DNA of 64,000 bases, taken from NCBI GenBank assembly GCA_964057225.1, contig OZ059895.1:15004001-15068000 (forward strand), read 5' to 3'. Of the stretch, positions 46,336-61,134 are shown piece by piece. The translations under genes were made by a program, and so were the position numbers. Position 1 is the stretch's first letter, and each line of letters begins with the position of its first letter. Origin of the DNA: Auanema rhodensis (taxonomy: Eukaryota > Animalia > Nematoda). The notes beneath the pieces are model-generated. The model had not been told where the DNA came from. It did not search any database and saw only the letters and a list, made by a program, of their open reading frames with translations.

Positions 46336-49229
46336 ATTTTCCCTGCACTTAAAATTGAGGTCATATTCTTCAAAAAGTTGAAGTATAATATCTTCGAGAT
46401 GGCAATGAAACTACATACTAGTCTGAATAAAACAAGCGGAAAAGGTTTTTGGAAGAAAACGACGATTTAAAATCCGAAATGCAGATTGAAAATAGAATTT
46501 CTTTCCTTCTCGTTTTTTTCTCAAAAAAATACGAGGAAGCTCTCGTTTCATCATCAAAGCAGTTGATGATGCAGATCCGGAATTGGTAGTAGTAGTATCT
46601 CATTCGTCTACGCTACTCCTTGTCTGTTTCTCGAAGCAGCTTGCCAGCCTGTCGGCCCACCCCTCAGGCAATGTTTTTTTTTTATTTTTTTTTTCTTGAA
46701 ACTTTGTTATCAAAAACTAACCAACAAGGAGAAGTAGTTCAAGCTTTCTCTCTCTTTCATGCATAATTTTGAGAAGAAAAATAAAACAAAATTGGTCTCT
46801 TAGCCAACTATTCCCTCTTATGTTCTTAATGTTCTTTTTTTTTTGAAAGACATATCATGGAAAAGGCCAACAAGATGAAGAACACTCATTCAACTGCAGC
46901 ATCATGCTTTTCTCACTTTATCTCAATTTACCCAATTTTGACGGATCAGAGGAGGGAGAGAGGGAGAGAGAAATGAAGAAAAAAACTGACCGAAACCACC
47001 CTGTTTCATAGACATCGGGTCCTAAAATCAATTTGTATTTTTAGCAGAATTTTAAATTTTCCAATTCGTCTCTTCTCTCTCTCTCTAACTTCTTCTCTCT
47101 ATATTGATCTCTCGGTCTTTTTCAATCAGTCCGTACAGAATGTACAACATCAAACCAGTAAATGCATTATAGAGAACAGCATAATCCGATTTTTTTCTCA
47201 AAATTTCTTCATTTTCAGCTTAATCCATTATGCTTCCAAGAAAATTTTCATGTTAACACGTTGACGCAGAAAAAAATAAGATTTACTATAAGAAATCAGC
47301 TTACTATTTCAATTTTTTTGAGGAAAAGGGTAAAGGAAATGGACATTAACACTCAAAAGTGTGATCTGTGAAGTCTTGTAGTGGATGAATAAATAAGATT
47401 TTAGCATTACAAGACACAACGAAAGCAAAAGCGAAATCTCATAAATTCTTCAGAAAAAATGGTTATAAGATTTGAATTAATCGTAAAGTTCATATATACT
47501 CAATCGAATAAAGATTATAGCCTCAGGCAATATAGTACATAAAATTTAAGAAGAAAATGGGAAATGGGGAAGAAAATGAAGATGCTGAATAAGATGAAGA
47601 CGTAAGAGAGGTATTGAACCAAATTTCAATGAAAATGAGTCGAGTGGGAAAAAGGAAATTTCAATAGATGTTAAACAGTCAGTATAAATCTTATATTTAC
47701 ATAATCGTTAGAAGAAACATTATTATTAAATACCTTTTTCTATCTTATTTCACATGACAAGCAACAGATTTTTTTTGTGCAAAACGAAAAAAGTAAGATA
47801 GAAAACACAAAACAATATTTTGATAGACGTGAGTGTGAGTGTGAGTGTGAGAGGAAGAGGAAAAGGCAGGAGAGACAGGAGGGTAACTTCGAAAACGTTA
47901 GATTGAGATGATGACATGAATACCGAACAGAAGACAGAAATAAATATGAAAGAAAACAAAAATAAACAAATTTGTGACAAATATGAATATTGGATGATGC
48001 CCGTAAGATGCGATGTAGCTGCGTGATTGAATAGACTGACGGAGCGAGTTGAGTAAAAGGCAGCCAGCCTGATGGACGGACAGACGGAAAAGGGTGGCTC
48101 TGAAGCTGGTTTTTTCTACAATAACACAACATTTGTTTAAGAGCACCGAAAGAAGAGAGGGGGAGAGGAAGAGAGAGAAAATTGAAGTTTTTTTAAAACG
48201 TTCATTCGTTGTCTCTCTCTCTCTCCTCTCCTCTCCCTCGTCCTCTCTGAATATTTCATGAAGATATTAGGAAACGAAACACTTGAGACAGAAAAGTATT
48301 CAAAACGAATCAAAAAGTTGCAAGAAGTGAAAAAAAGGAGAAGAGATATAAGTAAATGAGACAAGGTGGCAGACTTCAAACAGAAAAAAAAAGAAAAGAA
48401 ATGAAAATAGATACTACAAGGAATAAATGATCGAAATGAAATTAAGAAAAAGGGAATGAAATGAGATAAATGAGCAACGACTGCATTGAATAAAGCCTAT
48501 TGTACATAGTTTGAACTTTTGATTCTTCTCTCCTTCATCATCTGCCTCATACGCTCATGCCTCATCATTAACGTCATCATCATCATCACTATCTTCTTCT
48601 TCTTTTCGTTCCCAACTTTTGATCTTATCCAACCTCTTTATATCTCTCTTTTTCCTCTCGTTTCAAACTCAATGTCATCTTACTTCTCCACTTTTTTTAA
48701 ACAAAATTCGATGATTTCAGTTGAAATGACGTGATTATGCTCAATCTCTTAACGATACTCTTTTCTCATCGTCAAGTGAAAGGCAGCGTTTTTTATGGGA
48801 AAAATCGTTTTTTTAGAAGTATTATTGCGTCTATAATTTCCAGTTTCGTCATTAGAGCATTTTATAAACTTTTCGAACCATATGGCACATTTCAAGAAGC
48901 TCAAGAACTTACTATTCGAAACAAAAGCAGAAAAATTACGTTAATGACAAAACAATGCTTTCTTTTCTTTTGTTTCTTTTTATAAAGACGAGAATAATTG
49001 TTTTTTTTTAAAGTAAATTTTGAAAAAAAAAACCAAAAAAGTTTGGAAGTGCGATTCCAAGAATAACAGAACAAAAACACAAAGAGAATGATTATCACTC
49101 TAACCAAATGGGTAGAGAAGCTGGATGGGATAAGAACTAAAGGCATAAGGAAAATCGGATATAAACAAGATAAAGAAAACGACGAAAATATCTAAGAATT
49201 CACAAAAACTTAGATACTACTTATGCATA

Positions 49230-49267
<38 letters not shown>

Positions 49268-50895
49268 GACAGATAGATAATAATTATTTTATAAAATTAT
49301 TCATGCGTTGTAGAAGACAAATAACGATATGATAGTTAGTTAAGACATAATTAAAGTAAATTAATTTGAGCGAAAGCAATAGCATAACAATCAAAGAAAG
49401 CAAAACCGATCATTGAATCCTAAATCTAAGATTATTTAAAATTGATGACGACAAAAAAAAAGAAAAAGAAAAAAATTGAAAAAGCAACCGGTTCATGAAA
49501 TTTTTGGTTAAAAAAAATGATTTTTCTCCATCGTCTTCACGCGTGAAACTTCACGTATATCACGAATACGTAAAGAAATTGAAAATTATGAATATTCAAA
49601 TAAGTTGAAATAGAAAAATCAATAATATAGTTGAATTGAGTAATATTGTGTTAAGAATATACAATATAGTTATATAAACAGTATATTTCATTAACTATAT
49701 ACTAAATTATAAATATAATTGAAAAAAATGAAGATTTGTTATTTTTATAATAAATAAATACATAAAAATATTAAATTTTATTTTTATTATGTGTTGTACT
49801 GTAATTAATTATAAAATTACCTGTATAAACAGTACTACAGTATTTTATAATTTTCACTTTGAGATTAATTTAAATTCAAAATATTAGAAATGAATATAGA
49901 GAGATATGAATGTGATGATGATTCTTCTAAACATAGCGCTTTTTCAATCTCCAATTTCGATCCAATTTCCGTTTTATCTTCTCTAACCTTCGTATAGTTA
50001 AAACAATGATCATTTTACAATTTAAGTTAACTTCCGATTATAATTTTATACTTAAATATAATTAAAAAGTAAAAAAAAAAGAATTTAATAGCCATAGAGC
50101 AACTATTTTTAAAATTTATTTTTAAAAATAAAAAATAGTTATATACATAATATTTGAATTATCTATTATGATAGATGAAGTATGCTCAATCAGTTGATCC
50201 GTTGAACTTTAGGCTACAACTTACTACTAACTGACTAACTGACATGACGGGTTGTTGGAGCAGAAGAGGGCAAGTTGAGAAAAGAACAAGTGTTGTGTCA
50301 CTGTCCATGAGTACATTGAAGCATTTTATAAGTTTACAAGTTGTTGGAGATAGTTGTGATTGATAGGCAGAATTTTTTGCGATTTCGAAGGTTTTTATTC
50401 AAAGCTTTTCCATATTTTTGCAGAAAAAAAAGAAGAAGGAAATAAACATGAGAAACATTGAAGTTGAAATCATATTGAAAGGATGTCAAAAAGGAATTTC
50501 CGTCATAGAAACAGGGAAGAGTGAGAAGAAGAGCTGAGCGAGGGCTCTACAGGACATTTTTTTCGCTGAAAAGAAAAAAAGAAAATTCGAGTTATTGGAT
50601 CTTTTAGTTTTTTTTTCCTCTTCACTTGTTCATTGCAAATTCTATAGCATTCATAAGGTGAGGAAAGAAATAGTTAAAATTCTGAAAGAAAGTGAGCAGA
50701 CGTCATGAAGAGTGGATAGAAAAGGAAGAAGATGAGCAAGAATATGATGGGAAAAATGAAAAAAAAGAAGAGATGGAATAACAAAGAAAGCTAGAAGATA
50801 TGATGAAGTTAAGGTAAGACTTGAATTATCTTTTTGAAGAAAAAGAAGATGAAACATCTCTCTCAACATTATACATGAATAGAGAGAGAGAGAGA

Positions 50896-50987
50896 GAGAG
50901 AATGAGAGAATGAGAGGGTGAGAGATGGAGAGAATGAGAGAATGAGAGGGAGAGAGATGGAGAGAATGAGAGAATGAGAGGGAGAGA
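50896..50987. repeat. 32-bp minisatellite (about 2.8 copies) derived from a GA microsatellite
   Basis: Unit gagagaatgagagaatgagaggg(t/a)gagagatg is repeated in tandem directly after a (GA)n tract. Confidence 0.85.
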
Positions 50988-51240
50988 ATTGTAGTTGAAA
51001 TGAGATTGTAAAGATGACGACAATACGGTTGATCATACCCAATGTGGCCAGGAACGGAAAAAATTGATTTTAGTTCTGAACCATTGATATATGCGCAATA
51101 GGAAAATTGAACTAGTTAACTATGCAACGATATTTAACTAATATGAAAATACATATACATAGTTAGATATTTGAAACCAAAATAATAGGAGGAAATAAAT
51201 TTTTATTTTTGAATTCATCTATTTCACCTGGGGGACTAAG

Positions 51241-51292
<52 letters not shown>

Positions 51293-51298
51293 AGAGAA

Positions 51299-51329
<31 letters not shown>

Positions 51330-51933
51330 AAGATTTTTTGTGCAAAGGAACTGCTATATCCTTGAGATTGACGGCAACAAGTTGAAGTTGAAGAAGGATG
51401 AGGCGGGATGGAGAATTTTCATTAGAAAATCTGAATAATGCGGTAAGTTGTAGCAAACTTAACAGCTTTGAGGATAAGAAGGGAATGAGAACAATAGAAC
51501 AAGAGTCAAATTGAAGATCCGAGAGAGAAAGAGAGAATAGGTGAGAGTACAAGTGAGAAGAGAGAGAGGTAGAGAGAGCGAGAGAGGAAGTCAAAATACC
51601 ATTGCAGGTTCGAGAAGAAGATATAGAGCTTCAGGCTAATTAAGGAAAAGCAAGCAGGAGGCGGAAAAATTATAAAATTTGCTGTTTAAAAGGTCTTTTT
51701 GAAGAAAAATAAATAAGATGGATAGGTGTCTGTGTATGTGTGAGTCTGTGTTGATGAGTACTTCAATCAAACAGGAAGTTTAAGAAGAAAAAATCAAAAA
51801 TAAGAAAATATGAGAGTGATCAAAGGGAAAAGTGGGAATGAAGAACGAGAGAAATGAGTAAGATAAAGGAGTAAAGGAATAGCATCCAAGACCAGGAAGA
51901 AGGTTGTCTCTTCTTCATCGTAGGACTATAATT

Positions 51934-52009
<76 letters not shown>

Positions 52010-53756
52010 AGGTGAGAGAATATGGTGAGAGAATATGCTCTTCATATTGAAAAATTGATGATAAGCAATTGAAGGCAATTGAGCTTCAAACATGTTCTTT
52101 GTTTATTTTCTTTTTCTTTTAACTCATTCAAGCTTCTTAATGAACAGCCTATGCTTGATTATGGAAGAAGTAAAGAGAGTGGGAGAGAGAGTATGAGGTA
52201 GAGAGTATGAGGTTTTTCTATGAAAGTGACTGATATGATAAGGAAAAGTTCGTAGAAATAAGAGATTTTTATAAAGTGAGAAACGAAAAATGTAAATGAA
52301 GATGACAAAGGGGGGAAGGAGGACGAGACAGCATTAACAAGAAGCAATATCATATTTCAAATACGAATAAAAGATCGGCAAATGGATTGACAAAGCGATT
52401 AGAGCTACATCATCATTACATGAGAGCAGAAGAAACTAATCGGCTTCATGATTTCTAGTCTGAAGCAGGAAGAAGATTCTTCACGCAGGAGAAAAGCAAC
52501 TACGGAGCAGTTAGTAAAGTAGAAAGAGAGAGAGAGAGAGAAATGGAAAACCAAGAGAGTGAAGTGCAAGTTTCAGAATAACAGATGCATAAAAGGATGA
52601 TGTTGAATGGTTTACTTGGATGATATAGTGGAAATGAGAACAGGTAGCGTTCAAATTTGAATTTTTCTGGAAAATGCAAATATGAGAGAATGGATGATGA
52701 TGATGTTGATGATGATGATGAAGCTGGAAGATGCATATTCACCGATTGCAAGCTTCAGGGTCGGTTTGCTGCTAGTTTGCTCATGAAGCTATAACCACAT
52801 CTGTAGTTTGATTTGAGTCTGAACCAGAGATGATGAAGATGATGATGATGATGATGATGACGATGATGAGCCCATGAGAGAGTTTAAACGATGAGCCAGC
52901 CAGGCGCGTTGAAGAGAACTACGACGAGTGAGGGCTGGCATGCCTGCCAAAAACTGGCGATAAATGACAATCTGCGTCGTAAAATGATTGAATAAGTAGC
53001 TAAATCTGGCCGACAAAAATTGTTCCAAAACCATTAATCAGATTGAAAGAATAGCCGACAACGACAAGAAGCTCACACATGCCTCCAAGATCAAATTGAA
53101 ATAAAAAAAATCTTCAAATATAGGAAACATCAAGGTGAACGACTGCCTGTGCTTCTCTGGGTCGTTCTCTCTCTCTCTCTCTCTCTATCTATCTCTCTCT
53201 AGTTCTCATACTTTCTCTGAATATTTGTCGGTGTTTTTTATGGGAAAACCTGGCATCATAGATGAGAAAATCTACTACTCAACCTACTGGATATGTTGAT
53301 GCAACAAATGATGGGCAAATTGCCAAAAAAAAAATGGAATATGAGTGGTTTATGCTTCTCATTATGCAAATCTATGATACTTTAGAAGCTTTTATATGAA
53401 TATTGTAAGAAGAAAAAGTAATTGTATCATGAAAAAAGATGAATAAAGAGAAGCTTTTCAATTGATTATAGCATATGAGATGATCTAAGAGATGCAGGGG
53501 AAAGTCATAGTCATCGTTCACATCGTCGTCGTCGTTCTCGTCATCGTCGTCGTCGTTCTCAACGTCGACCGACACAATTTGATGATTTGACAATGAAATA
53601 TGATACGAATGATTAATGAGAGTTGTGAATGAGTTTGAAAGATACTACTCCTCTACTACTTACTCACTGTGACTTATGAAGAGGAACAATTATAAAGGAA
53701 ATAGTTAAAAGTTCAAAGAAGTTGATGGCAGAAAAATAAAAAATATACGAGAGAGT

Positions 53757-53788
<32 letters not shown>

Positions 53789-54717
53789 TGGGATGGAGGA
53801 GGGGGTGTATAAGAGGAAACAGAGATGAGAGATTAACTAACGAGAAGAAATTCAGTGAGAAGGTACTTGAAGAGGTTAATTATGAAGAGGATGATGAGTT
53901 TTTGAAGCAGAACAGGAGTTGAAGAAATGTAAAAACGTGAACTTTCAAGCCATAAACAGGCTGTAACTGGACGTCACATGAGAGCACTTATAAGGTCAGC
54001 AAATTTCCTTCTGCTTTTGCTTCTGCTGCTGATCCTGCCTTTTCAAGAAGTTAAAGAAAAAGAAGAAGAAGAAGCAGCAGAAGAAGCTTCAACAGCAGAA
54101 ACAGAAGCAGTAGAAGCTGTCTAAACAACGTTTGTTCAGATGCTAGATGCCTTCTATTCGATAAAAGCATTAAGTATATGGCGTAGAAGAACTTGACAAA
54201 GCCAAATCAGCTTTTAATAATCCTGACGTGAGAAAACTGATGAGTAGGCGAATCAGATGATGATGAAATATGAAAAAGCTGCTGTTAAATGAAATGATAC
54301 AAACATGTAGCGAGAGCACGTGGCGATGACCATGATGCGGAGCATCTAAGGCCTGCCAAACTGCCACCACGATGAGCCATCATCATGATACGACGCTGAT
54401 GAGATGATGACGACGTCAGCGTTAGGAGCAGGATAGCGATAACGTTTACGATGATAACGATGACAATGATAACTGAAAATAACAAAGAGGAAAAGCTAGA
54501 GATTCACCAGATCAATAACAAGGGCGGATGATGAGAACAAAAATATTTGATGAAGCCCAGCAATATCCAAAGAACAACAATCAGTCTGTGATGATAAGCT
54601 TTCACAGAAGTAGTTGGGTCGTTAAAGTCTTGATTTCAAGAGAACGACATGAAATTAACATAAACCAACATGAATATATGGCATAGCAAAGGTTCGAAGA
54701 TGAAACAGCTTAAAGAA

Positions 54718-54797
<80 letters not shown>

Positions 54798-55031
54798 AAA
54801 GAAGGAGTAAGCGGGTGATGGGTTAGTTGGAGGTTAAGTAGGGGGTGTTGAAGCTATGCAAATTATTTTTTTTTGAAGGATGAAGAAAGTTCTATGAGCT
54901 GTATCTCTGTGTGAGTGTTTGTGAAGGATGTGCAGCAGATATTTCTCTATAGCTCTCTATCTCTATATGTCTGTGTATTTTGGTGAAAAAAAAGGAAATA
55001 CAATTGGATGTCGCATTTTCCTTTCATCTCC

Positions 55032-55063
<32 letters not shown>

Positions 55064-55549
55064 AAATGACTATGAAAGGTTTTGAATTACTTTTTTGAAG
55101 AAAAAAATGAATAATTATGAAATTAAGTTGATGTTTAGCCGTCGAAATACAATACTCTTATACTTCATGAGATAGCATTTGAAAGGAAATTACAACATAG
55201 GTTGAAAGTTCCGGAAATTGCGTCAAATTCATGTTGAAGTAAGGTGAAAGGGCATGATGTGCACTATTATTTAGTTTTGATGAATAGTGTCTCACGTGCT
55301 TGGAAAATCTTTGTTGAAAGTAAGAGAGAGATGAGGTTATGCATCCGGAGGTAAAGCTTATTGTGGAGGAATAGATAAAAAGTGAAATAACTGATCAAGA
55401 TAAGGAAAATACTTTTCACATTCTGGATATAACAGAACTGAATCTATCAGTCATGGAACACGGAAAAAAACGTCGAAAATGAAAAATATCAAACGATAAG
55501 AGGGAAAGTCAAAAAAATTGGAGAAAACATTGAACCGACTTAGAGAGAT

Positions 55550-55614
<65 letters not shown>

Positions 55615-55999
55615 AGCCAGCAAAGCAAAGAAGTTTATAAGCTTTATCTCACGTTTCTTCTTCTATAGTTGAACAGGAGTATGAAAGAGAAAGATACAGA
55701 GAGAGAGAGAGAAATTGAAGCATATGAGAGAAGATTAAGATGAAAAGATGAAAGACAGCTCAAATTAAGAAGGTACGATAGATTGCATCAAATATGAAGA
55801 CAATCATAGTTGCAGAGAGAAATTTGCGATGCTTCAGGCTAAACTATGTGGCAACGTTGTGGGGCCCACTTCGAGGGGGTTGATCCAATTATAGTAAGAG
55901 TTCGATATACATTATACATCTATATATCTATATATATATATATATATGTATGACAAACTCTTTACTAAATATTATATGTTGTATACAAACACATGTTAT

Positions 56000-56056
<57 letters not shown>

Positions 56057-56525
56057 CCAAAAAATAATAATAAGGAAGAAATGATGTATACTATGCGCAT
56101 AGATGTTGATATATCAGTCATCCAGATACATAGATATGGCATTAAGATCTTTCACAAATTCTGAACATCTATTGAATTTATATAGTTCTGAAACGATTAT
56201 CATAACATTAATAATAGAATATAGTTAGATAAATATTAAAAAAAAAACATATAAACTAGGTATAGTTAAGAGAAAATATAGATGATCATATATATATATT
56301 GATAGTAAGGTATGTACCTCTCTTCTTATAATTTTTATAATTAAACAACTATATAGTTAAGCTGCTACAAGCTATATATAACAACTTGTTTATATTCAAA
56401 TTCAATTATTTATAATTATTTATCACATGTATAAATATAATAAATAAATAAATAAAATATTATATAGTTTATAATAATCTTCATATAACATCGTCAGGCA
56501 CTTCTTCAAATTTTTTTCGATACAT

Positions 56526-56560
<35 letters not shown>

Positions 56561-56640
56561 CAAATATCTTTTCATATATTATGTTTATTATGCTTATTTG
56601 AAATATATCATATTAGCATAATAAATAATAATAATAATAT

Positions 56641-56732
56641 TTGACGTGAATTCTTGATTGAAGTGTAATTTACACGTGACACGTGTAAATTCACGTGAAC
56701 TTTTTTTTTATTTCATTTTAATTTGGCGCCAT
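56641..56732. promoter_or_regulatory. E-box cluster: three CACGTG, a 12-bp perfect inverted repeat and an adjacent E2F-type TTTGGCGC
   Basis: aatttacacgtg-a-cacgtgtaaatt (56667-56691), tcacgtga (56691-56698) and TTTGGCGC (56722-56729), inside extremely AT-rich flanks. Confidence 0.5.
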
Positions 56733-57334
56733 ACTTGCAGGTTGCATCATCGAAATATTTTTTTATTCATAAATCTGTAAATTTAATTTGTTTTTAAAGA
56801 AAACAAAAAAAAATTTTCTTTTAATTAAATTATAATTTATTTTCTTCTTTTTAATTCTTTCTCATATCCGAAAATACATATACTATATGTATAGTTTATA
56901 GTAAATAGTATATACATATGTATGTGTCTGTATATCTATATGTATTTCTATTATTATTATTATTATTGAGAATCACAATTTATTATTTTCAATTTATATA
57001 TATGCATATTATATATTATAAGATTAATATGTCTCATATTAACTATATGAAAATGATTTTTGTTTATTTTATAAATTATATGTTGTAATCTTTGATATTT
57101 ATGATTATTATTATTATATTATATATAAGTTTATTGTATAAGTAACTTAAATAAATAAACAAAACAATAATCATGAAAGAAAGAAATTTTTTATTTATAT
57201 AAAAGAATTTTCATGTATACATATGTTTCCTTGTTTTTCCTTTTTATTTTAATAATTTATTTTATAAAAATTCAAATTCGAATTAAAATAATAAATAAAA
57301 GAAAATATTTACAAAAGATCCCTCTTCTCTCTCT

Positions 57335-57378
<44 letters not shown>

Positions 57379-57819
57379 ATCTCTCTCTCTCTTTCTCTCT
57401 TTGTTGTTCCCTTTTTTTGAATTTTAAAATGAATCTGCTCAAACTATACTTCAATATGTATGAATTTTTCTTTATCTCTTATCTGCATAAACAATATGAT
57501 GAAGAAATGAGAGAAAAAAAAAGTTTTTTTGTCGTCTCTTGGCCCACCTGTCTAAGAGATTCATCAACTTCTTCCTATAAATTCCTTTTTTCATAACTTA
57601 TTGTACATGAATTACTTTTCATTCATGTTCTTTCTGTATCTGGGCTTTTCATACGGTTTCATATCGACTACTGTTTGATTGACTGGAAACAGGTGATTTC
57701 GAACGAGTGTCATTGTTGATGCTGATGGCGTCATCTTCATTCGTGCAGCCAGCAAACTTCACAGCTTCTGTCAGCATCAAGCTCAATCAAAGGATCTTTT
57801 GAAATTACGTCTCAACACC

Positions 57820-57856
57820 ATGGAGATTTGCTTGAAAAGCAACCGAAACACACAAA
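57820..57856 (+). CDS. Possible first coding exon of a + strand gene (MEICLKSNRNTQ...)
   Basis: acaccATGGAG start context and a strong donor AAA|gtaagtt in a GC-richer island. No downstream exon was identified. Confidence 0.2.
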
Positions 57857-58390
57857 GTAAGTTCATCCTGAGTCTTGACGAATCTATCAGCTTTAAGTGC
57901 TATTGTCTTCCATTTTGCTTCTTCAATTGGGCTGCTGTTTTATTTAAATTTCCCATTTTAAAGCTAAAACCTCAATTTGTCTGATGAATTATTGAAATTT
58001 ATAAAATTATATGTATAGTTAACGTCATTTATCTTCGGAAAATTAGTTTTGAATATCTTGATGAGGAAAAAAAAATTATGTCTCACTGTAAAAATTCCAA
58101 TAATGATTTCGATTCTCTAAAAATCCATTTTCTTGGATTTTTCTTCTCCATATATGCTTACTTCACTCAGTATCACCCTTTTCTCTCTCTCTCTCTCTCT
58201 TTCTCCCTCTCTTTCACTCTCTCTCACTTTCTCTCTCTCTCACACTCTTTCTCACTCTCTCTTTTCCTTGCTCTCTCTCTTTATGTTCCTTTTTCTGATT
58301 ATCTACAATCCATTCTGTTTCTTTTTCAGCTACAACTCCACCTCTTCTCTTTTAGTTTCAAGACTTGTTATGTGTTTCTTCACGGAGAGT

Positions 58391-58450
<60 letters not shown>

Positions 58451-59159
58451 CAGCATAAGTTTGGATATACGTAAGAGAGAGGGAGTGAGGATGACATAAA
58501 GAGAGAAAAAGATATAGAGAATGAATAGAGAACACATGTACTAAGAGAGAGAGAACGAGATAAAGAGAAAAGGACCTCATGAATATGTGAATGAATTGTC
58601 GCTGCTGCTCATTCAGAACAAGAGATGAAGATGCTAAGCAGAGGACAAGATTCTGCATTTTGTGGCTCTACATGGATGTCCCTTCGTTTTCACTTCCTGT
58701 ACTTAAAATTATTTCATGTTTTTAGTTTTTTAAGCTGAAATTTTGAATTTTTCTCCTTTTCTTTGCTTTCAATTTACACTTTTTTTTCTAATTTTCATTG
58801 AATAAATGTAAAAACTTTAAGTTGTAACTCGTTCATAATGCATAGATTCATGTATGTAGATGTACTTGCTATTCTTCATTACATCGCACGTGTTTTCCTT
58901 TCTTTCTTTTTTCAAAAACTTCTCATCTTCTTGATTTCAACTATACATAGTATAAGATCATCATCTATCTATCTGGCTGTCTGATACCTAGTGGGTCAGA
59001 AGCATCTTGAGAGTTCATGTATATCACAAAGCTCAAAACAACGTCGTATTGGACGATTGTGTGTACCTGAATAGCCTGAGGATATACATATAGGAGCATA
59101 GTGATGATGGTATTACTACAGTTCGTATTACTCTTTTCTTGATTACCCCCCCCCCCCCC

Positions 59160-59220
<61 letters not shown>

Positions 59221-59594
59221 ATGTCGCTCTTCCTTCTTTCAAATGGAATGTGAAAGACAAACAGTTGATGGCCTTCCATGAGTGACTGACATAACTACAG
59301 CTTTTTCATATTTATCTATATATTTCCTCCTATTTTGTCTTTTCTTTCTTATTCTCTCTATTTCATTTTAACTCTCTTAGTCTTTTTCTCTCTTTCACTC
59401 TCTCTCTTTCAACTTTCTTTCTCTCTCTCTTTGTAAGTCAAGTTTTTTTTGGTTGTAAGAGTGTAAAACTTATGCTCACATTCATTCATAGCTGATAGAT
59501 TGAAAAGAATACGACAAGATGCTACTTCTTCTTCATCATCTTCTTTTGCTTTTTTTCATTTTCGTCATTCTCTGTGTTTTAATCATTTCACCAC

Positions 59595-59648
<54 letters not shown>

Positions 59649-59877
59649 ATGAGAGAGAAAATGTTAAGGTTTATAGAAAAAGTGAAGAATTGTATTAGAA
59701 GATAGTTCGTTACATATCTTCAACTTGAATATACTCACGGAAATGCTATTGAGTACATCGCACTCAATTCTGTATGAGCTGCGGCTTTACTATGCTTTAC
59801 AAGTTCAAATTTCAAATTTTCAAAATCATAGAGATAGAGAGAGAACCGAGAGAGGGAGATGGACACATAGAGAGAAA

Positions 59878-59916
<39 letters not shown>

Positions 59917-61063
59917 TAGATGGAGAAGGGATTTCATTAGTTCAGTCTCAATCAGTCGCAGATGAAGTCGATTGACAGGTGATTCATCTTAAGCTGCTGC
60001 CACGAAAATTATTATCGAAACTCTTGTCTTGTCGTTAAAGCGATTTGATTTATATTAATCTATTTCATTCTTACACCTCATTATTCTTATTCGTCTTAAA
60101 TGTTTTTTTTTTATTAATTTTTATTTTTAAATATTTCATCTGAAACCCTATTTGCATTTCAATTCCAAAACAATTGGTCTCGTAAAGAAAGTTTAAAAAC
60201 ATTTTCTTTTCAGCTATATAGTATGACACAAACCTTATATGATGATGGATAAGGTATCAAACATAGCGACGTTTAGTGATTTATTAGCTTTTCCTCTACA
60301 TAAATCCATATTTTCCTTACAATACCATGATAATTAAGCTGAACGTTCGTCTATGATATGCTCATGCTCATGCTCTCGCTGCTAACTGAGGTGTTAAACC
60401 GATTAAGCTTTGAAGAATATTGGCCATGTTCATGATAACATCTTTCTTTTTGTCCTAATCTCACACACATACTTAATATCTTTTTTACTAATTATTATAT
60501 TAATAATTAAAATATAAGTTTATATCATATAGTTAATAAGAAAAAAGATATGCTGAAAGTACATACAAACTTATAAAATCTAAAAGTGCTACTAGATCAT
60601 CGTCATCAACTCAAAACTTGGCCCACACACCACTATCTTCTACATACATTACATATACATATATGTATATCTTGACTATAGTTTTACATCAAGTTTTATA
60701 GTTTTAAAATACAAAAAATTGTTTTCTTTTTTTCTTTTTTTTTTGGAAGAAAAAAAAATGTTCTGCCAAAGTTATTCAGCCAAAAGGCTTATGTTCCTTG
60801 TAGCGCTTTGCTATGCAACAGCTTGTCGTATCTGGCTAATTATATGAAAACAAGTTTCAATGCTTGAGAGTTCCAACTATTTATTTCTTCTCCTTTTCTC
60901 TTTCTCTCCCTCTAATTATGCAGCACTTAGAGCTATCTAATTCTAAAAGTAATTTGTATGAAAAAAAGTTGATTTTAAGTAAATCCTATATACTTATGTG
61001 TTCATATGAGAATATGAATATATTATATCATATTCTGCTGCTACTGCTGCTGCTGCTTCATCT

Positions 61064-61134
<71 letters not shown>

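Noticed and set aside
52789-53034. 81-aa ORF (MPALTRRSSLQRAW...) as a distal pll-1 exon
   Set aside because: No convincing donor, runs into a (TCA)n repeat and a stop, and shows no homology.
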